A stretch of 64,000 nt of DNA from Octopus sinensis. Lineage: Eukaryota. This document shows, one piece after another, positions 52,779 through 64,000 of this stretch. The number at the start of each line of letters is the position of its first letter. The stretch's first letter is position 1. The notes under the pieces are model-generated. The model did no database searches, had not been told where the DNA came from, and was given only the letters and a program-made list of their open reading frames with translations. The stretch is taken from NCBI RefSeq assembly GCF_006345805.1, contig NC_043004.1:97216001-97280000 (forward strand), written 5' to 3'. The position numbers were made by a program, and so were the translations under genes.

Positions 52779-53172
52779 TTTGGTGCGAATGGTTTTTTAT
52801 ACGGTGTTGTTTTTACAATCCTGTAAATAATAATAATGGTATTTTATATAGGTTTAAAGCTTGAGGCGATCAATGGCTAAGGAAAATAGCTTAATAAAGG
52901 GGGCATATACGCCTACGACAGAAAAAAAGTAGGCTTTCCTGTCCGCGTAGGAGTCGAACCCACATCCCTTTGTTAACGCGACTAAGTGTGTTACCTAAAC
53001 ACCAGCGAATCAGCTTCTGTTTACCTCTCAAATCTAAGAACTATAATAGTTCGTGTTTGTTTTCTTTATAGGTAAACAAGCTTTCTATATGCTTTCGGTG
53101 CGAATGGCTTTTCATACGGCACCGTTTTTACAATCCCGTAAATAATAATGTATTTTATATAAGCTTAAAGCC
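52779..53172 (-). mobile_element. tRNA-like head bracketed by ~85-bp direct repeats (period ~314)
   Basis: Repeats start TTTTGGTGCGAATGG (52779) and TTTCGGTGCGAATGG (53093); minus-strand T-arm GTGGG-TTCGACT-CCTAC at ~52945-52965. Confidence 0.6.
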
Positions 53173-53224
53173 TATTACGATCACCATGCGAGGCAGAAGA
53201 GAGATTGTTGGCATATATATATAT

Positions 53225-53309
<85 letters not shown>

Positions 53310-53344
53310 GTATATATATATATTCCTTGTATATATATAATATG

Positions 53345-53378
<34 letters not shown>

Positions 53379-54272
53379 ATAATATATATATATATTCCTT
53401 GTATGTTTGCATCCATATATATATTGCATCTCACGTTTAAAACATTATACTAAAGGTTTACAAATACATGTATTGTAACCATTCAACCTCGATGGTATAT
53501 GCCGTTCTACGTTTAAATACAGTGGAGAACAATTATACAGTCTGTACAGGTAAATATTTAACTAAACCTGCACCAATTTAATTAGCAATTTATTTCTATA
53601 TCTGCTATTGTTTATAATTATTCTTCAATATATTATACTATTATTATACTATATATTATACTATATCATACTAGTATTATAATGCGCAATAATGACCATG
53701 GTGTTGCATTATCGAGTACTCTTGTGACAAAGCTCTGTTTTCCGTGGATTGAAACGATATAGCACCTTATGTATACTAAAACTAGAATATTTATGGTTAG
53801 ACGATGGAAGCTGTCTCTCTTGGTGTTTGTAATGTTACATATGTTTTATAATATCCTCTCCCTGCGCTCTGAATTGAAATCCTCCGATTGCAACATACCC
53901 TTGCCTGTGTTCTTTCATTTCTTTTTGTTTCTGGTTTTAATAAAGAAGTAACGAATTAGGGTAGAGCATTGATAGAACTGTTTGCGTATTAGATGGAGTA
54001 AATTGTTGTGTTTGTTCTGGATAGTGTCAAGATGTATCGTGCTTACATACATGGACTAAACATAAGTCTTTCACAAAACAAGAAAAAAAAATTATAATTT
54101 GTTCATGTCTGTGTTTTGGAGTTGCTTTCAGAGTGCGGGTAACTATGAAAGATCTCGGCGTGAATATGTGCGCGCGAGTGTGTGCATGTGCGTGCATGTG
54201 CGTGTGTTCATGTATGTGTGCATGCATGTACGTGTGCGCGCATGTAGGTATGAGTAGAAAAAGTGATTAAGA

Positions 54273-54312
<40 letters not shown>

Positions 54313-55124
54313 CTCCGAGAGAAAATACCGCAGAATGCCATTTAAGTTCAACTGTAGGAGAACGTTTTAAAAAAAACAGAATTTATATACAACACAAACA
54401 TATACACACTGACACACACACACACACACAACACACACACACACACACACACAAGTGAAACACACACACGTGCACATATATATACAGGTGTGTACATATG
54501 TTTGTACGCGTGTGTTATAGCACTGTCGTTATTCAGATTGCTGTGTCACTGCTAGTCATCGAAATCAACTTTGTATGACTTGGCGTGGTGTATAATGATA
54601 GAGTCTGATTCCATAAATTTTAATAAATGTGTAATTTCTATTACATATTTTGCGAATCTTTTGCTCAAGTTTGAAACCATGAACAGACACACAACAGACT
54701 CATACACGCGCACACTTAACAGTGCACACTTGTATTTACACTCACATAAATATACTGTTGTGTATGCATACTCTTAAAGGCGTGCTCATGTATACATACA
54801 CACTGAAGTGCTCATAGGCACACACATGCTGCAACAGAAAGCTGATTTACTCTTAATCTTTCCATAAAGTAGAAGGCGGTCCATGTTGAAGAGACAAGCA
54901 ATAATCAGATAACCACTTCGCCTCCTCATCGCTACAGTCTCACCACAAACTCACAAATATATACACATGCATAAAAGTCATACATGCACACAATATTCAC
55001 ATATGCTACGCATATTCAATAAACACACTGCACTGAGATAATCTCACGTATACACCACACTACACGAAAGCACACTTTTCTCTCATTAATCAGAAGAAAA
55101 AAAATATTCCGCTATTGCTTCTGT

Positions 55125-55285
55125 TACAAATGATGACGGTTACGATGATGATGATGATGACGATGATGATGATGATGATGATGATGACGATGATGATGAC
55201 GATGATGATGATGATGACGATGATGATGATGATGATGATGACGACGACGATGGTGATGGTGAGGCTGATGATGATGATGATGATT
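55125..55285. repeat. (GAT)n/(GAC) microsatellite
   Basis: Direct reading. Confidence 0.97.
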
Positions 55286-56242
55286 GTGTCACTGCTAGCA
55301 GAGTTTAAATCAATTGCAAAGGCTATTATTCCATATTAACTTGCATCAAACTAAACTACTTAATGCCACATAATGTTTGAGACAAACACCAGATCCTCGT
55401 GATTGATTTTTCGTTGATTTCGTTAAGAATCTGCGTCTTCCGTTAGAAACTATTACAAGCAGGAATTGGTTTATGGAACGAAGTCTATAATTGGGTGTTT
55501 ACGTGTGTTTTATTTGCTGTCTGTTTTCGGTAAAGGAACAGTACAGTACAAACGGTGATTTAGAAATCGCTGTGAATAATCTATATGGATATATTCGTGT
55601 AAGCGAATATGTGCACCCTGTGAGTGTGTATGCGTGCGTGTATCATTGTATATGTTTATGGACACGTACGTGAGCATTTGTATGTATGTGTGTTTATATC
55701 ATTGTGTGTGCTTGTGTATAACTATACATATGTACACATAGGCATTCAGTAGTGCATAGTGCGTATAAATCATTTATAATACATACGAAATTGCTTCTTT
55801 GCCAGTTTACTCACTGCATCTTTTTGCGCCTGAAGATTACATTAAGCAAATAGTATAGAATTCCTACCTACACCCTTGAAAGATGGCAGTAGCTTTCTGT
55901 ATTTTTGTTGCTAACTAAAACATATCTTTACAATATTTACTTTTAAACCTCGTGTTTCTAAGCTTCGTTTCCGTTTATGGAATTTTACTTCAAATTACTT
56001 GACTAATTCATCTATGAGAACTGAGTCATTAACGCATAAGAATTCTCCTGAAAGACCATTCTTAAACTTTTATATTTTGCCTAGAGAACTATATGAACTG
56101 CAAACTATATGAACTGGAAAACCTTTAAAAACACCTACGTGCACGCTAAATTCCTTACTGAAATTGTTATTATCTCCCACTTTGCTGATAGTAACCGTGC
56201 ACATAGTATGCGTGTCTCTCAGAAGGCATTCAAATTATATAC

Positions 56243-56660
56243 AGCAGGCGAGCTGGCGGAAATGTTAGCACGCCGGGCGAAGTGCTTTGCGGTATTTCGT
56301 CTGCCGTTACGTTGTGAGTTCAAATTCCGCCGAGGTCGTCTTTGCCTTTCATTCTTTCGGGGTCGATTAAATAAAGTACCAGTTACGCACTGGGGTCGAT
56401 GTAATCGACTTAATCCCTTTGCCTGTCCTTGTTTGTCCCCTCTGTGTTTAGCCCCTTGTGGGTAATAAAGAAATATGTATTTCGTCTGCCGCTATGTTCT
56501 GAGTTCAAATTCCGCCGAGGTCGACTTTGCCTTTCATCCTTTCGGGGTCGATTAAAAAAAGTACCAGTTACGCACTGGGGTCGATGTAATCGACTTAATC
56601 CCTTTGTCTGTCCTTGTTTGTCCCCTCTATGTTTAGCCCCTTGTGGGCAATAAAGAAATA
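56243..56660 (+). mobile_element. SINE family B dimer (full plus headless second unit)
   Basis: GTATTTCGTCTGCCG...GTGGG(T/C)AATAAAGAAATA repeated in tandem. Confidence 0.93.
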
Positions 56661-56829
56661 TATATACAGCAATATGCACCTATTTTCGGGGAGAATCACC
56701 GATCTAAAGGGCGCGGAATCTTGCGAAAAGCCAGCAGGTCAACGAATGTTTGGGAAAATACTTCTTTTGTATGTCAAGGAGAAGGTGACATGGTCGATCA
56801 TCCAGGCTGTTTCTCGTTAAAACTAGCAC

Positions 56830-57110
56830 TTCGTTGGTAGCAACGGCAAGAATTCTAGTTGATCTAATCATGAAATTAACGTGAATGTGGCTGAGTATTC
56901 CATAGACAGGCGTACACTTAACGTCGTTCTCAAGGAGATTCAGCATGACACAGAATGTGACAATGTTGGCCCTTTGAAATGAAGATACTACTTACCAGTT
57001 GAAATAAAGCATCTCCCTCAAGAACACAACGCGCCGCCGTTAATCGAACTCACAAGCTGACGATCGTGAGCCAAACATCGTAACAACTAAACCACAAGTG
57101 TCTTGTCACT
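56830..57110 (-). mobile_element. Diverged tRNA-headed SINE sharing the family C 3' module
   Basis: Minus strand GAGTTCGATT...CAAAGGGCCAACATTGTCACATTCTGTGTCATGCTGAATCTCC...CACGTTAATTTCATG. Confidence 0.75.
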
Positions 57111-57127
57111 TAACACGTGAATAACTA

Positions 57128-57390
57128 TTTACATTATTTACATTATTTACATTATTTACTATGTTTCGGCTGATATATCCTGCAGCCTTCTTCGGGTGTC
57201 TTGGCGATAAGAACCCAGGAATGAGAACCCAAGTTCGAAATTTCCCCAAGACACCTGAAGAAGGCTGGAGGGTATGTCAGCCGAAACATAGTGTTAACAA
57301 CAAACAAATGAGGGCAAATATCTGTTGAATGTAAATAATATAAATAATGTACATAATTCCTCATCTCTTAAATATAGAACTGTATTACGT
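57128..57390. mobile_element. Fold-back repeat with two oppositely oriented minimal hammerhead motifs
   Basis: 57158-57204 is the reverse complement of 57246-57291; plus copy GACAC CTGAAGA A GGCTG-(10 nt)-CAGCC GAA ACAT A GTGTT. Confidence 0.8.
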
Positions 57391-57468
57391 GACTAACTAG
57401 TTTTCCTTTGAAGCAGTTGATGATAATACAGCTAACCCCATCCTTTGGTATGTTACATCACTGTACTA

Positions 57469-57862
57469 AGGGCGGCGAGCTGGCAGAAACGTTAGCACGT
57501 AGTGCGAAATGCTTAGCGATATTTCGTCTGTCTTTACTTTCCGAGTTCAAATTTCGCCGAGGTCGACTTTGCCTTTCATCCTTTCGGGGTCGATAAATTA
57601 AGTACCAGTTACGCACTGGGGTCGATATAATCGACCTAATCCGTTCGTTCTCTCTGTGTTTAGCCTCTTGTGGGTAGTAAAGAAATAGGTATTTCGTCTT
57701 TCTTTACTTTCTGAGTTCAAATTTCGCCGAGGTCAACTTTGCCTTTCATCCTTTCGGAGTCGTTAAATTAAGTACCAGCTGCGTACTGGGGTGGAGGTGG
57801 GTCGATCTAACCGACTGGCCCTCTCTCTAAAAATTTCGGGGTTTGTGTCATAGAGTAGAAAT
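57469..57862 (+). mobile_element. SINE family B composite (full plus headless unit with alternative tail)
   Basis: Same architecture as 38214-38555. Confidence 0.9.
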
Positions 57863-58374
57863 AATGTCCCATCACTGTACTATTTGACCGACTACGAGAG
57901 CGACTATTACTCTTCATGCTTTATCTGATATTTACAACACAACAGCGGCGACACCTAATTGTTTGGCTGCTCATACTGGCATATTTTTTGTTGCTTTTTT
58001 CAACCATGTAGCTAAATTTTACTTATCCGTAACTCTAGAGGACGAACTTAGAGCTAACCATTTTCTCACCATCACAAATCCATCCACTCAACAACCTCTC
58101 AAAGTAACATTCCCGGAGCTCTCTTCCTTTTCAACACCAGAGCGAACGAGTGTATTGCTACTACAATATGCACGTTGTTTTCGATGCTTAGTATTCCTAA
58201 TGGCCAGCTTCTTCTCTAGGTTTGTGACATATTTCTGGAGCACGTTATCCTTCAAAATTTACCACGATTTTTTGCTTCTCAGATTTTCGTCTGTTGATCT
58301 ATATATTCTACCACTTAACTACCATGCACTTTACACTGTAGCTTGAAACAAATCACTTATACATGTATATGTCA

Positions 58375-58411
<37 letters not shown>

Positions 58412-58754
58412 TTAGGGAGTAAATCCAAACTTACAGGGAAAAACTAGATTTAGGATTAAATCAAATTTTATAGTATAAATATATATATATATATTATATT
58501 AAATTAGAGATAAAACCACTATTAGGCAAATCAAACAGTGAAAATCATAAACCAATACATAGATATAAAATTAATTAATAAAAAATATATAAAATATAAA
58601 ATTCAAAATTAAAATATTTAAATTAAAGTTAAAATTTAAAAAATTATTTAAATTGATAATTTATACTTATAAATTTTTAAATATATATGTTTTTTTTTTA
58701 TTATTATTACTTGATTTATTTATTTATACATTTTTTAAAAGAATATAGCTATCA

Positions 58755-58822
<68 letters not shown>

Positions 58823-58896
58823 GATAATAAAACGAATGTTTTACACCTGTTAGTTTATTGGTGCAGCACGGTCAGGTTCACAGTAATCGTTATGTA

Positions 58897-59461
58897 CTGG
58901 ATTGTCCGGAAAGTTCGTGTCGATTTTTAAAGGAAAGAAAAAGGTCAATAAATACTTGCCATTACATTTTTAATTAACGAAATATGAACCATTTTATTGC
59001 ACAGTGCGTCTCCATCTTTCCTTTAACTTGAAAATACCCTCTTCCCAGAATTGAGGTGGTTTCATGGTTAAGAATTCATCAAGGTATCATTTTACGTCAT
59101 CCAAGGAATTGACATTTTACCATTAAGACTATTCTAAGGAGACCTCAATGAGTGGAAATCCGAAGGAGCAATATCTGGTGAATATGGAGGGTGTGGTAAC
59201 ACATTCCTGCCGAGCTGCAGCAATTTTTGTCTGGTTCCCAAAGCATCAAGTGCCGAAAAGGAACTTTCTTATCTTCCACTTTAAAGGGTTACAAAATTAA
59301 CACAGGTTATAGGAACATAAAACTTCTTCCCCGAAATGATAGCTTAAACTGTTCTCTAAATGGAGGTGTAGTCAAATCCTATTTTATGGACTCAACCATG
59401 TTCTAAAATAAGTCGAAATGTAAGCTACTATAAATCGGCACGAACTTTCCGGACAACACAA
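58897..59461 (-). mobile_element. Non-autonomous mariner deletion derivative with TIRs and TA TSD
   Basis: TIRs CTGGATTGTCCGGAAAGTTCGTGTCGATTT / TTGTGTTGTCCGGAAAGTTCGTGCCGATTT; EDKKVPFRHLMLW joined directly to KLLQLG..LPHPPYSPDIAPSD..ERWR. Confidence 0.92.
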
Positions 59462-59509
59462 TATATAGCTGCTTTTTTTTCTACAAAACGAGAAGTTACA
59501 TTGTCTATT

Positions 59510-59870
59510 TATCACACCCCCGTGGGGGTATCACTCATCTAAATGGAGTGCAGCAATGGGAATTGAAGTGTCGTGCTCAAAAATACAAGGCATCGCCCGA
59601 TCAAGGAATCGAAACCAGTCTTACGATCATATTTTCAATAGTCATTGCTTAGCCATGCGCCTACGCACACAAACACACACACACACGCCCGCGCGCGCAC
59701 ACATTATTCGAAAGGGCTTTCAGTCATTCAACTGAAGGAACCATGTCAAAAATATAACGTCAGAGCAAGATGTAAACACCCGGCCTGTCTTGCAGGTCAG
59801 TAACTCGGAATAGGAAAAGATTCAAAGCATGAAGAGCATTTCAACCCTGACCAGCATGTATAACAGATGT
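59510..59870. mobile_element. Old SINE remnants
   Basis: tRNA-like head fragment on the minus strand (GGTTTCGATTCC) and a SINE-tail-like segment; highly diverged. Confidence 0.45.
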
Positions 59871-60015
59871 AAAATAATGATTATGATAATTATATATATC
59901 CCAGTATTTTTAATGGCTGCATGTAGCATGTATATATACATATACTTATGTATATATATTCATATATAGATATACATATACATACATATATATATATGCA
60001 AACATACATATGCAT

Positions 60016-60046
<31 letters not shown>

Positions 60047-60048
60047 CT

Positions 60049-60092
<44 letters not shown>

Positions 60093-60122
60093 ATATATGT
60101 ATATGTATATGTATATGTATAG

Positions 60123-60154
<32 letters not shown>

Positions 60155-60155
<1 letters not shown>

Positions 60156-60691
60156 CTATATTAAAAATAAACAAAATTTTACCGAATGCAAAACTTCAAA
60201 ACACATCATTTTAAAAAAGAATTCAGTTACATATCACATGTGATTTCGCATTTAATGCAGAATATGCATTTCATGTTCATCAGTGCAACAAACTCAAGAA
60301 ATATAAGAGAAAAACATAACATTACAAGCTCGATAGCCAACCGTAGAATTCGTCGTAGCATGTACGAATGTTTATCTTTACATATCTATGAAAATGGCGG
60401 GCTTATTCGCAATGCATTTCGATAACAAATTGTCTAGTCGGAATAAAAATTCAGTATTGAACTATTCCGGTGAAAAATATAAATTAACAATTGAGGATAA
60501 AATCTTTAAAAGAAATTATCAGTAGTCAGCGTGAAAAACCTCGTAAGAGAAAAAATTCGGTAAAATTTTGTTTATTTTTCGTAGTTTTGACCGCATTGGT
60601 CCCTCTTAGCGTGTTGGTATCTACGAATAGTAGTACCCTCAATATAATATAAATGAATATTTTCAAAGAGGAAGAATTTACGGATTTTTGT

Positions 60692-60700
<9 letters not shown>
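60155..60700 (-). mobile_element. Hammerhead-bearing repeat family H2 copy 2, with inverted partial arm
   Basis: Aligns with 31265-31720; 60556-60580 is the reverse complement of ~60163-60187. Confidence 0.8.
60226..60289 (-). ncRNA. Type I hammerhead ribozyme motif, canonical core
   Basis: GTTGCA CTGATGA A CAT-GAA-ATGCA-TATTC-TGCAT-TAA-ATG C GAA ATCAC-AT-GTGAT A TGTAAC. Confidence 0.85.
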
Positions 60701-60772
<72 letters not shown>

Positions 60773-61179
60773 GTATGTATGCATACATATATATGCATGT
60801 GTGTGTGCTTACATTTTAGCGTATATTTTTTATGTTCACAAATATCGGCAACGCCACAATTTTATGGCAGATCTTTTAAGATTCAGAGATAACGTTCACA
60901 CGCTGTTGCGTACTCTTGTATTTTGATTATTATTTTTTTAATCTCTTCTTGCAGCCGCACTTGAATGCTGTATAAATGTAGTCTGAACTTGTAATCTTGA
61001 AGATGTATAAGGATTTCAAATGAATTACAAAGAAAATATCATGAATTATGCATTGTATCCTTGTTTCTCCATTAGACATTAAGGTCTGTACGTTAGATAA
61101 TGGTATTCCTGGTTTGTCTTATCTCCTCGTCCTGATTCTCATGTTCATTCAGTATATATGTGTGTGTGTGTGTATGCAT

Positions 61180-61219
<40 letters not shown>

Positions 61220-61694
61220 ACATATATATGCATGTATGTGCATGTATGTGCATGTATGTGCATGTATGTACGTGCTTATGTGGGCGTGCATGCATGCTTA
61301 TATGCTGCTTCAACGAAATAAATTTTTATGGGCATTCTGTAATTTTATGCATTTTCGTTTATGTGTGTGAGTATGTGTGTGTGCGTGCGTGCGTGTGTGT
61401 GTGTGTGTGTGTGTGTGTCTGTGTACGTACAGAAAAACGTACACGTGCACTCGCGTGTACGTGTACGTTTCTGTGTGTATATATGAGTATGTGCGTGTTT
61501 GTGTTTCCATTCTGCACGTGCATGTGCGTGCATGTGTTCCTTCAGTTAATGCAAGGAGACAATGCAGTGTCTATACCACCTTACAAGACGTCTTTGGATT
61601 TTAGAAAAAAGCGTAATACGATTATTGTGTAATTAAAAGACTTGAATGCCAATGGTTATCAGGAGATCAATTTTTAATAACCAATGGGTGATTT

Positions 61695-61733
61695 GTGTGT
61701 GTGTGTGTGTGCGTTTGTGTGTGCGTGTGTTTG

Positions 61734-61764
<31 letters not shown>

Positions 61765-61785
61765 TTGTGTGTGTGTGTGCGTTTG

Positions 61786-61818
<33 letters not shown>

Positions 61819-62000
61819 TTGTGTGTGTGTGCATTTGTGTGTGCGTGTGTTTGTGTGTGTGTGTGTTTGTGTGTGCGTGTGTTTGTGTGTGTGTGTGTGT
61901 TTGTGTGTGTGTGTTTGTGTGTGTGTGCGTTTGTGTGTGCGTGTGTTTGTGTGTGTGTGTGCGTTTGTGTGTGCGTGTGTTTGTGTGTGTGTGTGTTTGT
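61695..62000. repeat. Interrupted (TG)n with higher-order TTT/GCG punctuation
   Basis: Direct reading. Confidence 0.95.
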
Positions 62001-62192
62001 GTTTCTGTTTGTATGACTGTATGTGAGTGAGTTTATGTCTATGTGTTTGCGTATGCTTATGTGTATATATTTTCGTGTAATTGTGCATGCCTTAATAACT
62101 TAGGTAATAGTAGGTTTATATTTGTAGGGCAAGTAGACGTTGGCTGTTAAAAATAGTAAGACAGTAAGGTTAAGTGAAATAGATTATTTAAT

Positions 62193-62470
62193 ATGCGCAG
62201 GCATGGCTATCTGGTCAAGAAGCTCGCTCTGGTTGCGTGTTCAGTCCCTCTGTGCAGCACCTTGGGCAAATAAATTCTTAGGCAAGAATTTGTAGATGGA
62301 AACTGTATGAAAGACCGTCGTATATATGTGTGTGTATCTGTATATGTGCCTTTTTTGTGTTTATTTCAAAACACACCGCTTGGCAACCAGTGGTGATTTG
62401 TTCTCATTCACGTAAGTAATGGTTCAACAAAGCAGACCGATTAAATAAGCACTAGGTCGATTTGTTGGAC
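62193..62470 (+). mobile_element. Diverged SINE family A
   Basis: GCGCAGGCATGGCT...CACCTTGGGCAA...GGAAACTG...TAAGCACTAG. Confidence 0.75.
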
Positions 62471-62652
62471 GCGTGCTTATAGTGATAAATTATATGGTTA
62501 TTGACGAATTTGTCTATTTTCGGCATATTTGGCATTAGAATGTTTTTTTCTTTTACCCTTGTTTATAAGTTGTTTATAAATTTAACCTTTAAAGGGATTT
62601 TTTAATATGCTGGGCATTGATAGAATTTTTCCGAAAACTTTTATCCTATATT

Positions 62653-62684
<32 letters not shown>

Positions 62685-62749
62685 ATACGTTTAAATATTT
62701 GTTGTGCAAGATTTTTTTATGTGAAGTCGTGTGTTGAAACAGATATTGT

Positions 62750-62821
62750 TATATTTCGGAATGGTCATATTGCCAGTTTAGCCAATTGGCTAAACTGGCA
62801 ATATGACCATTTCGAAATATA
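62750..62821. repeat. 72-bp loopless palindrome (1 mismatch)
   Basis: TATATTTCGGAATGGTCATATTGCCAGTTTAGCCAA | TTGGCTAAACTGGCAATATGACCATTTCGAAATATA. Confidence 0.95.
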
Positions 62822-63129
62822 TATATATATATATATAAGAAAGGCTTCTTTCAGCTTCTGTCTACCAAATCCACTCAAAATCTTTGGTCGACGCGCTGGC
62901 AGTATCATTAAGCGCGCTGGCTTAGCTGCATTTCTCCCGCCTTTACTATCTGAATTGAAATACTACCTAGGGTGACTTTACCTTCATCCTTCCTGGGTCG
63001 ATAAAAATGTACCAGCTGCGCACTGAGGTCGATGCAATTGACTTACCTCTGGCTACCGGAATTGGTTTAGTGTCAAACCTTGAAACTAATACTATGGGTA
63101 ATGTGGCTCTTCATCTGTTACGACAAGTG

Positions 63130-63400
63130 TTCCTGATTGGAACAACCGAATGGCGTTTTCGTAAAATTAACGTGCAAGTAATTGAGCACTCCACAGATAC
63201 GTAACCTTGCCGTAGTTCTCAAGGAAACTCATCGTGACACAGAATGTCCCAAGGCTGGACCCTTGACTTACAAGTACAACTCATTTTTAACCAGCTGAGT
63301 GGAATGGAGCGACAAGAAATAATGTGTCTAGCTCAAAGACACAATGCGCCGCCGGGAGTGGAACATACTACCTTACGATCGTCAGCCGAATAGACTAACA
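63130..63400 (-). mobile_element. Diverged SINE sharing the family C 3' module
   Basis: Minus strand GGCGGCGCATTGTGTCTTTGAG...CCACTCAGCTGG...ACATTCTGTGTCACG...TTGCACGTTAATTT. Confidence 0.7.
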
Positions 63401-64000
63401 CGCTTTTACATTATTATAAATAATCACTATTGAAACTATTATGCTGGTATTTGTTGTCATATTTGTTGTCCAGTAAGAAGTAGTTCAAGAAGAATTGCAC
63501 CAGAAAACTACAGTAAAATGCTTCGTGATGGGTTTAACAGGAAGCAACCAATCGAGAGATGAACTCTGACACATCTCGGAGAAAGCTGTCACCAGAATCT
63601 CTTTAGCTAATCCTCAGTTGTGTGAAGACATCTCAGTACTTTTTCTAATAAATATTGCGTGTAAATTTTTTGTGATAATAACATCTATGTTTTTTAAAAA
63701 GCATACCACATAATTTTGAATTTGCAAGAACTTATTTTTTATGCAGTTTATACGATGTGGTGATTTGATTAAGCCTATATTTATATATTTGAAGTTAGCC
63801 TCTGAGACCCAGAATTTCAGTGTCATCGTTTACGATGCATGAAAGAGTGAATTTATTTCTCTACAAAGTAACGCTTAAGTTTTCTTTTTGAGCCTGTGAA
63901 GGATGATAATCCAATGTTCTTCCGTATTTAATTCGAGGTTAGGGATTCAATGCCTTCGCAAACTTTTATAGCACTGGAAGACTTTCTTTTACAATTCACC

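Noticed and set aside
52935-53010. Functional tRNA gene
   Set aside because: Acceptor, D and anticodon stems pair poorly; treated as a tRNA-derived head

Overview
AT-rich (octopus-type cephalopod) intronic/intergenic DNA. I recognise no intact protein-coding gene; most ORFs in the supplied track are translations of microsatellites or of transposon antisense strands. The window is a mosaic of tRNA-derived SINE families, decayed R4/Dong and CR1 LINEs, Penelope-like elements (PLEs; RT and GIY-YIG pieces), several mariner derivatives and a Helitron remnant. The signal not explained by the ORF track is a set of type I hammerhead-ribozyme motifs in small (TA)n-flanked repeats. The best case is a young 558-nt head-to-tail tandem array at 46786-48250, with one complete hammerhead per unit and a fold-back arm (retrozyme/PLE-pLTR-like). 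A second hammerhead family occurs twice (31381-31445, 60226-60289) with compensatory stem changes, and there are further inverted, partial or degenerate copies. Other points: a CR1 LINE shares its 3' tail with the commonest SINE, a CR1 is nested in a Dong element, and there is an 18-nt microexon candidate. All structures were folded by eye. Species, family names and ribozyme activity are inference, not database results.
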